Positions 1 through 13,334 of a DNA stretch of 64,000 nt are shown here, in pieces. Both the position numbers and the translations under genes were made by a program. Origin of the DNA: Octopus bimaculoides (Eukaryota); contig NC_068981.1 in assembly GCF_001194135.2 (NCBI RefSeq), positions 61,272,358 through 61,336,357 on the forward strand, given 5' to 3'. Position 1 is the stretch's first letter. The number at the start of each line of letters is the position of its first letter. The notes beneath the pieces were generated by a model, which did not search any database, was not told the DNA's origin, and worked only from the letters and a program-made list of their open reading frames with translations.

Positions 1-430
1 AGGCTTAGGGTTAGGGTTAAAGCAAATTTAAAATGAAAAAAGCAAATAAAACGAAGAATCGTTTGTTTATGTAGTCGGCACTTAATGTATATCGGCTGAG
101 TGGACGTCAGTGATTGGTTGAAATTATCGAAATAAGACAATTTTTTACATGAAATAAATTCGAATACAAACATATTTTTCTGTTCTATAACACAAAATAG
201 ATAAGTATACGAAGTTTGAAAGTCTTTCGGTACCAAAAACACTACGTAAAACATTAATGAAAAATGTGGCCCCCGTTTTAAAAAAGATCCAATAATTTAC
301 TAGTAATATCGGAATCGTTCAAATTTAAAATCTGATCTCAAATATATATAATTTTTCAATAACGATTTAATTTTCATAAACTGAACTATAAATTATATCT
401 CATAAATAAGTATCTGAATACTTGTTCTGT
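1..430. repeat. Interspersed repeat fragment starting with two TTAGGG units, truncated by the window edge; family unassigned
   Basis: aggcTTAGGGTTAGGGtta at 1-19, followed by non-coding AT-rich sequence. There is no long telomeric array. Confidence 0.35.
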
Positions 431-1277
431 TTATAAATCACTACTTAACATACAGCAAAGCCTATAACACTCAAAAATGAAACCAGAATAAATTATATAT
501 ATCGAACGCTTATATTTTGAACGGCAACAATAACCACGAGCTGTAATGCATAAAATGCAAGGCATTCGATATTTATTCATATACTTAAACAACATAGTGA
601 AAGAGACAATTTCATATTCAAGAACTGAATGCAAATTTTAGTCTCATTTTAGAGATATCCGATGTTATGCAGAGCAAGTGAACGAATTCATTGATAGGAA
701 GCATGCTCCATTTTCTTTGGTTGCAATCATAAAATATCATTGAAGGTTAATAAAAGTGTAGCATCCCAAAATGCACATTTATCATGCTTTTGTCTTTTGA
801 AACATTAGGTTTCAAAATGCATTTTATAATGAAAGAAAGCTTACTCGTTTGATGTCATGGTAAGCAATTTCATTAGGCAAGTTGCAATGCTTTTTATCCC
901 TTGGAGGTGATGCATTTCAGGTATAGAAATATAAAACATAGATTTCTCGGAAACATTTACAACATGAAATCGAATTTAGCATATTCCGGTTTCGTGGGGT
1001 TTATAATGGAATTCAGAATTAAGTAACTGCAATTCCTCATACTGATATGGAAAAATTGACACGGAACATTGTACTTAAAATGCAACAGTCGTACGAGTTA
1101 CATCAGCCATAGAAATATACATGAATGCATATATATGTATATATATNNNNNNNNNNNNNNNNNNNNNNNNNNNNNNNNNNNNNNNNNNNNNNNNNNNNNN
1201 NNNNNNNNNNNNNNNNNNNNNNNNNNNNNNNNNNNNNNNNNNNNNNNNNNNNNNNNNNNNNNNNNNNNNNNNNNNNN

Positions 1278-1322
<45 letters not shown>

Positions 1323-1327
1323 TAGGT

Positions 1328-2175
1328 TGCTGTAGAGACCACGGATTTGCGCCTACAGAAATAGTGTCATCTACTGATGGCGTTGCCGCATCTGTTGTGG
1401 CCGCATAGGTTCACACGGGATCACCGGTAACGCATACCGCGACTGCATTGGAAGGAGCTGTCTGCCGGCGCTACTGGTTTTTCCTATCGTCGAGTGCGTT
1501 TTTCTTTGGCGGAGGCATCCTGTTTTCCTTCAGCTCGCTTCATCTCTTTTCGCAGTATTTGTCTCCAGTGTGGGTGTGTATTTGTGAACTCCTTCCATCG
1601 CAGGACGTCAAGATCAAGCGACTTTATATCCCTCTCACAGACGTCCTTCAAGCGAAGATGAGGTCCCTTCGTGCTCTTGTGCCGGTAGCCAATTCCCCAT
1701 ACAGGAGGTATTTTGTGATGTTCCTGTCCAGCATGCTATGTACATGACCGAACCATCGCAGACGACGCTGCTGGAGCAGGTGAGTATGCCGGGTATCTTG
1801 GTGCGGTTGAAAACGTCAGTATTGGTGATATTGTCTATCCACTTGATATCCAGGATGCATCTAAGATTATGAAGGTAGAATATGTTAGGACACCGTTCCT
1901 GTCTAGAGTCGAGGCTCCAGTTCTCACTACTGAAAAGTAGCGTACTCAGGACGCACGCCTTATAGACAACGGTCTAGGTGTTTACAGCCGGTTTTCTGTT
2001 TTCCAAAATTATCTTTGTGAGCCTGGCATATGTGGATGACGCTTGACCACTTCGCCTGTTGAACTCAAACACAAGGGAGAAGTCAGCCATGGTAGAGCCA
2101 AGGTAGGTGAATTAATGCACTACATCTAGATTGTAGCTGTTGACGGTAAGTAATGATGGGGATGCTTACTAAGTG
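1328..2175 (-). mobile_element. RTE-clade LINE, 5'-truncated 3' end (RT thumb plus C-terminal zinc-finger remnant), decayed
   Basis: Minus-strand frames give VVH*FTYLGSTM..FEFNRRSGQASSTYARL, VYKACVLSTLLFSSENW, LRCILDIKWIDNITNTDV, RRLRWFGHVH, GPHLRLKDVCERDIKS and FQCSR..SRVNLCGHNRC. The 3' end runs into (TA)n. Confidence 0.9.
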
Positions 2176-3660
2176 AAGACTGCTGAATATCTAAGTTGAC
2201 TACTGATAACAGGGTTCTATTCCTTAAGGTGGGTGGAGTTACATAGGGAATAGGTATTGAACTGAAGTTTGGTGATGTTAGTGAAGTGAGGGGAAAAGGG
2301 AAGGCGTCTACATACATAGATGTGCCTATGTATATGTGTTTCCGCTTGCGCATACCCTCGTTTGTGAAGGAGAATGAAGTAGGTTACAGGTGATGCATAA
2401 GCTTGGGAGTTCTGCCTGGGGTTTGCGGTGGCATTTTTGGTTTTGGAAGATTGTCCTTGGTTGTGGGGCAGCCAATGTAAAAGTGGTATATCTAGGTTTT
2501 TAGAAAGCAATCGTTTGAAATTCACAATTAGAATGTAACTCTACTGGAACCAATAACACAGTTCGTATTCGTCGTTGATATATATTCGCAGATTGGTGGA
2601 GAACGTGCAGACTTTGGCAGAGGACGAGCTGGCAATCTCAGGCGCGTGGTTTGTATGGTGGAGCAATGTCGCTGACGGTCCATTTTATGTTGGGGTTTTC
2701 ATCCCGGAGGTCGTGGGGTTTCCAGTAGAAACGACACAAAGAGATGGTATTCTCTCTGCAATTGCATCTAAACGAGTTCATATGCTATGTGTACCTTCCG
2801 TTGGAGTCATTGGCCTCCATACCAATAAAGTACCTTGTGACGCCATCGGATTATTTGAGGTACGCTCTGTAGACAACAACCTTTGAGATTCAGGATCCTC
2901 CCATATGGCAGCCGGTAGGTTTATGGAAATTACGGAGTTGGTGTTTGAGGGTGTGCGGATGCATGCTTTCAATGCTAGAAGCTATCTGATCATAAGTAGC
3001 TGAAGTTCACGTAATATTTGTTTAAAAACTTATAGTACATATTGCCCATGGGTAAATAATTTTAAGCAACGACAGGCAGGCACTAGTTACATTGGTGGAA
3101 ACTATTAGGTTAAATGGAGAGTCGAACTAAACCAGCTTTCTCTTTCTGCGTCCCTTCGGGTGTTGTGGTGTGACCTCCGTATATGGGAAATTCTCGAACC
3201 CCCCATTCCTCTAAGGTGAAACATTGCAGTATGGAGGCTGCCTTATCGAAGATATCCTTATTGGCTAAAAGGTTAGACTTTTTTCTGCAAAATACTGAGT
3301 CTAGGTCTGTAATTACAGCAGTGGTGGTGGGGGGGATTCAATCTTCTGTTCTTGAATACACTTTACTTATTTTCAAGTCTTGTGTTATGTGTTACGCCTA
3401 GGAAGTCAAACTTTGATTTTTCTATTCAGATCCTTCCTCTAAGATGTCCATGGCATAGCAGTTCAGATGGCTTGTGATGGACAAACCGTGATCCTTGCAA
3501 AGGACCAACCTCTGTGGTTGTGTCTGCTTATTGAGGGCATGCAATATAAATAAACCGACGAGCGTTATCCATAATCCCAGCCGGACTTTAGCTCCCCATA
3601 GCAACATCAAAAAGGGGATTGCCGTCATTTTTCAGAAGGAATCACCCTGAACCGGGAGAG
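2176..3660 (-). mobile_element. Penelope-like element remnant (RT core, C-terminal GIY-YIG endonuclease, 3' non-coding part), decayed
   Basis: RT: KNDGNPLFDVAMGS..LVGLFILHAL..LCKDHGL (degenerate YRDDGL). Endonuclease: CHMGGS*ISKVVVYRAYLK..YFIGMEAN..GRYT*HMNSF..IKWTVSDIAPPY..DCQL, about 2560-2910. Confidence 0.8.
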
Positions 3661-3841
3661 GACGTTACATTTCAGAAGGCAGTGACAGTAGGCCCTTTTT
3701 CGACAGAACCAACTCTGATATCAAAAGGGACATGGGGTTGATTCAATCAGATTCCAGACCAGACACAGTCCACTGGCTCGCAGGATCCCCCAAAAAATCA
3801 GCCTGGTGGCTCACACAATTTGACATCCTTGACATCCACAC

Positions 3842-3978
3842 TCGCAAACACACACACACACACACGAACACGCACACACACACGAACAAACAATCAAAAC
3901 ACACAAACACATCCCATAATAATAATATACGTAACTACTACCCTTTATTTATTCACTTTCACATATATGTGTGTTTGT

Positions 3979-4040
<62 letters not shown>
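3842..4040. repeat. (CA)n / (GT)n microsatellite cluster
   Basis: Direct inspection. Confidence 0.95.
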
Positions 4041-4044
<4 letters not shown>

Positions 4045-4357
4045 CCTATTTCTTTGATTCAGAGTAGAATTTATAAATGTAGACTTGCCTCGTTAGGCAG
4101 CACTCAAACTTACTTCTGTGTCACATAAATTCTTTCATTCCAAAGCAATACCTCTTTGCATGGGATGTAAAAAATCCTGACAGAGAATTGAGTTGTTTGA
4201 ATTCGGTTCATAACTGATATTTTCTGTAATTTTGAAGATTAATTAAAATTTTATCTTCTATTGTTACGTTAGCAATGTTTGCAATATATTTATCAAATGA
4301 TATAATATTCTTCAAAATGCTTTATGTAATAAATATTCTGCGTGTGTATGTATGGGC

Positions 4358-4437
<80 letters not shown>

Positions 4438-4446
4438 TGATAGATA
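4358..4446. repeat. (GATA)n microsatellite
   Basis: About 20 uninterrupted agat units. Confidence 0.95.
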
Positions 4447-5379
4447 AATACATACATGCATAATACATACATACCTAAGTAGGTATGCGTGTAAAAACTA
4501 TGTATATTTGTATATGTGCGTATATATTGGAATACCGATTTTCGACCAGCTACTCTAAATAATGAATGCTTATGCCCATAATTATGGTATATGCATACAA
4601 ACGTACCGATATGTCTTATGCTATTTTCTTTTATATATACATTTTCTCATTCGTATAAATTTCTGCACAAATGTGTATACATACATACAAACGCATACGA
4701 AGTGAATACAAAAGTTATACAATGTGTTTCTTACTTTCATGAAATATTTTGAGAAATGTGCTGCTTGCGTTCACTTTTTTCAGGTATTGTGAGTACTTGT
4801 GTGAACTTTAATGTGGATACAGAAAGTGGGTGTTTCGAAGTGGGTGTTTCGAAGGCGTTGTCCTCTTTCTCATATATTTTCGAAGAGATATTGACATTAT
4901 TACAGCAAGTGAACTGTATGACGGCTGATAATTGTTCTACACTGTCTCAAACAACAAAATTATATTTGATGGGAATTAACCTCTGATATTCCTAGCGTTG
5001 ATATTTGCATGCTGGTTCAATAATTAGCGGAGACTTTCTTTCGGGTGGCATTCAATAATGTTTTAGTGGCAATGTTGTATCGCGCAGGAAGGCAGTAACT
5101 TGCTGAATCTTTTGTGCAGATTCTAATCAAAAGTGTAATGCTTCTACAGAAATGTGAAATAATCTAAATGTTCTGGTATATATCAGAGTTCCAAGGATTT
5201 CTTTTGTTTACTTAATATTTCGTAGCAATCTCTTGTTTTGAGATTGCCTATGCTTAACGCTCGAAATGAGGAGTGATTCAATAGTCGCATGCCAAATAGA
5301 GGTCGCGCTTTATGTCGATATTACTGACTTGTGTGCATGTCCTTCTATATGTATAATATATATCGATAATATGTATGTA

Positions 5380-5416
<37 letters not shown>

Positions 5417-5849
5417 GTATATATATATATATATAAATACGTATACAAATATGTGTGTGTGTGTGTCTACGTGTGCGTGTGTGTTGTGTGTGTATTGTAT
5501 GTATGTGTGTGTGTGTGTATGTTTGCGTGCTTGTGTATATAATTTGGTACTTATCCCCATGATGGACTCAACTATATCAACAAATCAAACTGAAACACAA
5601 CCCTCTCAACTCTGAACTCTGCGCAATTGCGCTGCTTTTCAGCCCACGGATTTAAGACACTATGAATGAAGGTATTGGAAAATTGGTATGGGTCATCACC
5701 AAATAAATTTAGACATACGAGTTCAAATGGTGAATGGAGGCCAATTCACGTCTGAGAAGACAGGCGAAAACCTCTTGATCCAAGCACTTCCTTCACACGA
5801 TTAAAACACGTAGCGAACAATGCATTATTTTGTTCGTTTCCGATATGAT

Positions 5850-6310
5850 GAAGTTCGACCTACACTAAAATTTTTCACAGCAAAATCGACAAATAACTAT
5901 GTGTAGACCCTTCCGATATCTACTAATTAATGCACACCGACTTCCATGCACAGAGATACTGGAGACTCTAAGTAAGTCCTGGGTGGATGACGTATGCACT
6001 ACAAGATCATATGTGTTTTAACAAGACTTATTATGTTCGTATAATCCCACGTTATCCAAGAATGGAGATCAATAATCTTTTACAATAAACACTAAAAATT
6101 GAAACTCCAAAAGAGCCAAATTGAAATCCATGGGCGGTGTTATTGAAAGGAAAACTAATTGGCACCCTCACAATGATCTAGAGGCACTGATGCAACCATT
6201 GTGCATGCGATACCCGTAATTAAAAAGGATCAATCAATGTAGACGTGCCATAAGATTCCAATTCCACACAGGGAACCATCAATACGCACGAATTGATGGA
6301 GTCATAGACT
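5850..6310 (+). mobile_element. Tc1/mariner-superfamily (maT/DD37D-like) transposase 3' remnant
   Basis: Plus-strand frames give YVF*QD and GGVIERKTNWHPHNDLEAL..CRR..ARIDGVID. This resembles the C-terminal W-GV-ERKTN-HPHN / RIEAVI region of maT-type transposases. Many stops and frameshifts. Confidence 0.6.
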
Positions 6311-9224
6311 AAACTTATAGAAAAGTAACGTGTTTTATTAGTATATATATGTATTTTTTTTGTTGTTTTGAGAGATTGGAGTAACTTTACCAAATATGTC
6401 CTGAAATATCACTTGCTCTCTGTCTCTCTATGCATGTATGCATGTATGTATGTATGTAATGTATGTATGTATGTATNNNNNNNNNNNNNNNNNNNNNNNN
6501 NNNNNNNNNNNNNNNNNNNNNNNNNNNNNNNNNNNNNNNNNNNNNNNNNNNNNNNNNNNNNNNNNNNNNNNNNNNNNNNNNNNNNNNNNNNNNNNNNNNN
6601 NNNNNNNNNNNNNNNNNNNNNNNNNNNNNNNNNNNNNNNNNNNNNNNNNNNNNNNNNNNNNNNNNNNNNNNNNNNNNNNNNNNNNNNNNNNNNNNNNNNN
6701 NNNNNNNNNNNNNNNNNNNNNNNNNNNNNNNNNNNNNNNNNNNNNNNNNNNNNNNNNNNNNNNNNNNNNNNNNNNNNNNNNNNNNNNNNNNNNNNNNNNN
6801 NNNNNNNNNNNNNNNNNNNNNNNNNNNNNNNNNNNNTAGTAATTTGCATGTGCAAGAGAGACATTCTTGAATTTAGACTGAACAAAGTTCTTGTGTGTGT
6901 TTACTCGAATCATCAAGTAAAACCAATTTTCTCGGAGCAGATATCTCTAATTCTTTGATCCTTGTATAGGTTTCTATTCTTATCCGGAAGGAAGAGTAAT
7001 TACTTTCGGTAGGTATAAAGTTCCTGCTGTGGAAAGCGAGAAATGGTGAACAGAAATACCTGGCTACTAAATGTTACAGCTACAAATTAGATTGCAGTAA
7101 TTTTCAAGAAATCATGCTGCGCACGGACTACTTAAAAGTTAAGTCAATATAAATGTTTCGATGGAGTTTGCAAGTGGAAATATATTTTACAGTACTTATG
7201 GGATGTATACATGCATACAGACGTACATACGTACCTAGTCTCATGTATATCGGTGTGCATGTGTGTGAGTGCGTATATATGTGTATGTAAAATCAGAGCA
7301 TTGTATAGTGGCTAGATTCATGATCTTAAGTTCTTAAGAGTGACTCCTGGGGCAAGTAGCATGTTGTGTTCTTGATTATAGCATTTTATTTCAAATTGTC
7401 TACACTGCTCAGTGGAAACTGAATGTGATCTTACCATTTGTGAAACTCATTCTCAAACTGACACTCAAATCATCTTTACAACTCTATCTTATAAAGAGAG
7501 TGCCTCTATCTGCTCAGAACACATAAGCACCACAAACCATAAGGGAAACATGACAGATATTACCGTGTGATAAATGTAGTCCATTTGTAACCAATCAGTC
7601 ACTAAATTCATTAGTCAGTCTATCTATCTAACTATCTATCTATCTATCTATCTATCATCTATCTTACTATCATCTATCTAACTATTTATCTACTTCTCCT
7701 TTCTCTTTCTCTCTGTCTATATATATATATATATNNNNNNNNNNNNNNNNNNTATATATACATATATATATATACATACATACATGTATTTTGGACTACC
7801 GAACCCCTAGAAACACCTGTTGGACTTGTAATGCTTTTCTTCAACCCATTTAATTTTCAGTATCATTTGTATTCTGTGTAAATCGGACCTTTTTGTACGT
7901 AAACATATATATTTTTGTATTTCATGTATTTAATATACTTTATATATTGATCTGTACGACTTGTTTATTCTTACATTTACTTCTATACCCACTCAAGTTT
8001 AAATCTCTTGAGCACTACAAAGTATATTCTATACAGGGTATATTTGGATCTCATCTATAAACTATGTATATATATATATGCTTATAGACATACATAGACA
8101 TATATATGTGTTTGTGTATGTGCGTGCGTGCGTGCGTGTGTGTGTTTGTGTATTGTAATTTAAACGGTAAAAATAAACCGATTGATTTCATTTTTGGGAA
8201 CTATCATTTCCTTCAATCAATTGGGAATAGGATTGTTCGGAGACAGAAATGCAATTGTTTGGAGAATTAATAATACCATAGACGCCCTTTTATATCCGAC
8301 TCATTCTCGAAAATCTAAATGCAAAATAATAGATTTTGCTTAGCCAGATAACACAATGGATAACAATGATGCAGGAATTATAACACATTGTTGTAATCCT
8401 TGATTTGTGTTAAGATCCACCACCGTATGGTCATCAGATTCAATTTAATCGTTGGGTCCGTTCAATACATTTGATATATACGACAATGTCGCGATTTAAA
8501 TGTTAGATATTTGAAGATTTTTTCTCTATTTGAAGATTTTCTAAAAATTCTATATACTACAATAAGAACAAGAATATCATTTATGTTCAATGTCTCCGGC
8601 TGTGAGCACGGGCAATTTAAGTTATGAGTGCATACATGCGAGTATGACGGGTTTCAACACCATAAGTAGGCATTAAATGTTCTATAGCTCTTCAAAATGG
8701 GAATTTATCAAGTTAAAGCAATCAATTATTTCGTCGTATTTACTTTTCTTCAATAGACGCAATTTTCAAATACCATTTTATACCAACGGTATACATCCTT
8801 TCATATTATTCAAATTCATTGTTTTCTTTTTTTAAACATATACAAATATTTAAAAATATTTATGACTTTTGTATCATATGCTGATCATTGTGATGCAGTA
8901 CATTTATAATTATTCTTTAAGGATAATGAACAAAACACCCATGTTTCCAGGGGTGAATAATTCAAACCACAAGAATCTCTCTCAACAAATGACTATGATG
9001 CTCCACCATTACTCCTACTCGTGACCAGAGATGCACATATTATCAGTCACTAAGAGCTATTTTGAACTGTTTAAGGTCAGGAAACTGATAAGCAAATCTG
9101 TGGTATTCAGTAAACAATTCGCTGTAACACATCTTTTACACCAAGACAAGATACATACGTTATATCACTTCCGATTCGTTAAGATGAAACGCCAGGTGAG
9201 TCACTACCAATTACTGCATCGGGG

Positions 9225-9262
9225 CATTTATTATGATTATTATTATCATCATTATCATCATT

Positions 9263-9305
<43 letters not shown>

Positions 9306-9345
9306 ATACCACCACCACCACCATCACCACAACCAGCACTACTAC
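9225..9345. repeat. Compound (TTA)/(CAT)n/(CAC)n trinucleotide microsatellite
   Basis: Direct inspection. It explains the poly-His and poly-Asp ORFs at 9031-9468 and 9179-9385. Confidence 0.95.
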
Positions 9346-9768
9346 GCCGCCGCCGTAGAGATGGTAAGCCTGGTATCATTTTCAAATAGGTTTCAGTACC
9401 TTTTTTCTTTTATCATTCCTAGAGATCCTACAATCANNNNNNNNNNTTTTTTCTTTTATCATTCCTAGAGATCCTACAATCACTGGTACGGCAGTCGCCT
9501 TGAGATGCCACATTTTTTTCAGTTTCTATTAGTTTTATATTTACTGATCCTGTCAAATTTTTTCGCCGCTATATTGTGATCGCAAGAAATGCTCATGTCA
9601 ATTAATAAACACACTTCTTTTCGTCTGATCTTTTATAAAAATATCCGGTTTATTAGCTTTTATAGTTTTGTCGGTATGTACGGGGAAGTCCCAGAGAATC
9701 GACACATTTTCAACTTCAATCACAGCTTCAGGATGTTGTTTATACCATTTGTCAGCGGTTTTTATTAT
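9346..9768 (-). mobile_element. R4/Dong-clade LINE fragment (restriction-like endonuclease region)
   Basis: KWYKQHPEAVIEVENVSILWDFPVHTDKTIKANKPDIFIKD (PD..D endonuclease motif), then VGSLGMIK and MIPGLPSL. Confidence 0.85.
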
Positions 9769-9845
9769 TATTATTATTAATATTATTAATATTAATATTA
9801 TTATTATTATCATAACTATTACTGTTGTTGTTGTTGTTATTAGTC

Positions 9846-11690
9846 TTCTCAAAGCGCTTGGTCTTGTTATCTCTGGTTGAATCTGTTGTCACAGAGTGTC
9901 CTTCCGCTTATGAGATTTGATAACTGCTTAAGACGTTCAAGACGCTGCACAGTATCCAATATCGTGACGTTGCAGGTTGAAGATATTGTGTCTACCGGGG
10001 ATTTCTACTGTCAGACAGTACTTTACGCAATATGTTTGAATTTCCAAGTAATGCCGATTTTTGCAATTCACCAATATTTCTAAAGTTTACAGATGTTTCG
10101 TAAGGTCGGGTGGTACTGAACACAATGCGCCGATGACAACAAGGACAACCTTTTTATTTGGCTCTCGTACCTGCCTCATCTTGGACATCTCAATTCTGAG
10201 GTCTCAATATTTGTCAACATTTTCTTTTTCTGCCATATATTGATCTCATGACACTGCCACGTCGATTATTAGGCACTCTTATTTTTTTCTCCTAGTGGTT
10301 ACTATACCTAATCTAATAAATTGTCTGTCTGGAAGGCAATGTCCCAGAAGCTCGTTGCACTTGTCCAGTATATATCTGTTTTCACTGAGTTGGTATTCAA
10401 TTCCTGGTCCTGGGAAGCAATTATTAGCCTTTCAGTCTTCCTGTTAAGGCCACCATTGCTGCGCCGCATCCACGATGCTTCCTGATCTTTTTAAGTTATT
10501 AGCTTCAGAGTGGAACTGACCATGTAGTCCCATGTAGAGTAAGGTTTCTTCTCTCTCGCTGGCTATTCGTGATCTGAATTCATTAGCAATCTCAAGTCCA
10601 TTGCTGGTACATTCTTCTCAATTCGCAGTATACTGCAGCAGGTCTTGTTTCTACCATGTTTCTTCTTTCAATATTAATGCTCTCCCGACGCTATTTAGTC
10701 TACGTCCACCTTTACACCTCTTCACTTAGAACCTGTGTATGTTCTTCATACAGTGGAGGGCACCATGCATTGCTATTATCATTCTGATAGTGCAATCAAT
10801 TTGGTCAATCGCCGCTCGTGTGCATTTCAGATTAGGTGCACTATAGCAGACTACAAGAGCCCATGTTTTGATGGCAGTCACAAGGCTTTTTGCGTTGAGT
10901 TTTGAATGCAAGAGGAATTTGATGAGCTTCAGATATCATTTAGTAAATATTTTCTTTCTCATTTCTCTGTGAAAAATATTGTCTAACTCCGGGTTCCAAA
11001 GGTACTTGAACCCATCATCATTCAGGTCTCCCGTTCGCTCCCCGTTTGGCAGTTTTATGCCCCTACAGTCTGCTGGTTTCCATCGTTTCAAAGGGAGCAC
11101 AGGACACTTTGTGAACCTGAATTCCATCCCTATAAAGTTGCTGCACATCTGCACAATCTCAACCAGCCTGTCCATATCAACCTCTGTTTGTGCAAACAGT
11201 TTTAAATCATCCATGTAGAGAAGGTTGTTGAGACGAGGCCCATTCTTCCTCATCTTATAGTGACCGTTGACTTTGCGTAGGACTATAGAAAGTCGGAAAA
11301 AGGCGAAAACAAGTAACACAGATGAACAAAAATTTCCCTGGAAGATACCTCTTTTGATTCTTACCTCGGCTAGGTGCTAGTTGTTACAGAAGAGACGTGT
11401 TTTTGCCACTAAACACACCGTTCTTAAATAATTTACATACGTTCACAGCTACTCGATATGTGTCATGTGTTTTCAGAGTCCACGAATGCAGCAACATGTA
11501 AGACGTTTAAAAGTTTATTCAGGTCATGTAGAAGTGTCTTTGGTACTTCTCGCTGCTCTATATAACGGCCTAGTCTAACACAAGGTGGTCCTTGGTGCTC
11601 TTGCATCATTTTCGGTCTCCTGTTTGATGCACTAATGATATTTTTAGCCCGTACCCTAAACAAGTTTGTCATCATCCGTGAAAAGATGAA
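9846..11690 (-). mobile_element. R4/Dong-clade LINE, 5'-truncated (RT plus endonuclease remnant with internal deletion, 3' UTR)
   Basis: EVRIKRGIFQG, LNNLLYMDDLKLFA, FIGMEFRFTKC, SKLNAKSLVTAIKTWA, GLHGQF, TERLIIASQDQEL, IIDVAV..VVIGAL and ELQKSALLGNSNILRKVL. The 3' end runs into (AAC)n/(AAT)n at 9769-9845. Confidence 0.9.
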
Positions 11691-12704
11691 ATGTAGGTTG
11701 ATTCCGAAATATTATTTCGTGTTTTTCTTTAGCCAACTTACACTATACTTGGCTCCTTGACAGTACTCAAATGGATCGCAGATGTTGTGGGCGTTCTTAC
11801 AACTTGTACGACAGAATGATGATAGAGAACGATAAGATCACTTGAAAAGAGTACTATGTATCTATCGGTTTATTTATCTTCAGAAGCTGCTTCGAATAGG
11901 TCCAAATTAGTGATAGGTATTACTATACATTATCAATAATTTTCAGTAAACGCCCGATAACCTGGTTTAATAATATATGTAACCGGAGAAAACATATTAT
12001 CTCTGTATATCTAGAGGAATCTTGCGCCTGTCGTCGCTAGGTGTTTGAATACACAGTATTTTGCAAAAATTATATTTATTTTCTAATGTTTATGACTGCA
12101 CCCTTAAGCTTAATCTAATTTTCCTTTAGTCTGTTCTTTCTTGAGCCTGCGTCCCATCGAAATTTTGTTTCCTTATAATTTCCTTTTCAAATTGCCAATT
12201 TCTGTACGTGTGACATATATAATATTTCGGCATCAAATTTATTATAATACATATATGTCGCATCATAATTTTTCCTTTTCACTTTAGCCCTGAGATGTAC
12301 GCAATGCTAAACTACAACAGTCATAACTACAATTAATCATAGAGCAGTGAGAGCATTGAAACCATTTTGTCTTCCAAAATTTAATTTTGCTTTATATATT
12401 ACTTTGTCACCATTTAAATTCTAAATAAGATTTAGATGAAATATGTGTCTTATGCTACTTAGGTAATTTATTGCTAGCCATATCTGAGTTTGTGATTGGT
12501 AAAATAATCTAATTTCTTCTTCATCATCTAAAGTGTATACATTATATTGTTATCACGTTTTATGTCTATAATACTGTCTTGATTTAATTTTCGAAATTGA
12601 ATTTAATATAGTTTCTTCATTGTATACATAAACTGTCAATAACTAAGTTCTACTCGGTTAAAAGTTGCAGCGTACACCACATGTATATATAATAATTATT
12701 TAAG

Positions 12705-12935
12705 GCGATGAGCTGGTACAACCGATTGAGATACGTGACAAATTCTACGAAGCATTCGTTCCGGGGCTTTACATTCTGAGTTCAATTTTCACCAAGATCA
12801 ATTTTACACTGTATTATATCGGGGTTGTTTAAATATGAGAACCATTGAGGCACTGGGGTTTATGTGATCGAGTAATCATAATCATCTCAATTGATGGGCG
12901 TGTTCCAAAAAGCTGAAAGAAATATTATTTCATTA
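12705..12935 (+). mobile_element. Decayed tRNA-derived SINE
   Basis: A-box-like gagctggtacaacc, B-box-like gagttcaatt and a downstream cactggggtttatgtgatcgag segment, as I recall from a common octopod SINE. Confidence 0.5.
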
Positions 12936-13334
12936 GTGTTGGACAAGATTAGTAACGAGATGTCTTCGAGTATTAAGCTTATATTTCACAATGGTAAACT
13001 TTGCTTACATCATTATAGGTTAGACAAGAACTGCACTCAATGTAATGCATTAGCCCCTCACAAACAGATGGCCTAGTGCCAACATTTGTGTCAATTGTTA
13101 CTAATATTCAAATTGTATGCGTTGTGCCTATAGTAGAAAGGATTATTTTTATTTCGTTTTATCATAGGTTTTCTTCGAAATCCTGGAGGCGCCTAAGTCG
13201 CCTACTATGATAGGAATTGTTTCTGTTTTTAGATTTCACATTCGAGTTACCTCTATTTAAAGGTCTTTGTATTTTGAAACTTTCTCCATTTTTTAGGGAA
13301 CCGTTGTCATCTGCTGGTATTGATACATCAATTG

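Noticed and set aside
1-19. TTAGGG repeats as a telomere or interstitial telomere
   Set aside because: Only two units, embedded in ordinary repeat-like sequence.
2625-2665. TGA in KPRA*DCQL of the first PLE as a selenocysteine
   Set aside because: It aligns to a basic residue position, not Cys, so it is better explained by CGA-to-TGA decay.
9405-9483. Direct duplication of about 32 bp around a 10-N gap
   Set aside because: Typical unmerged contig overlap (assembly artefact).
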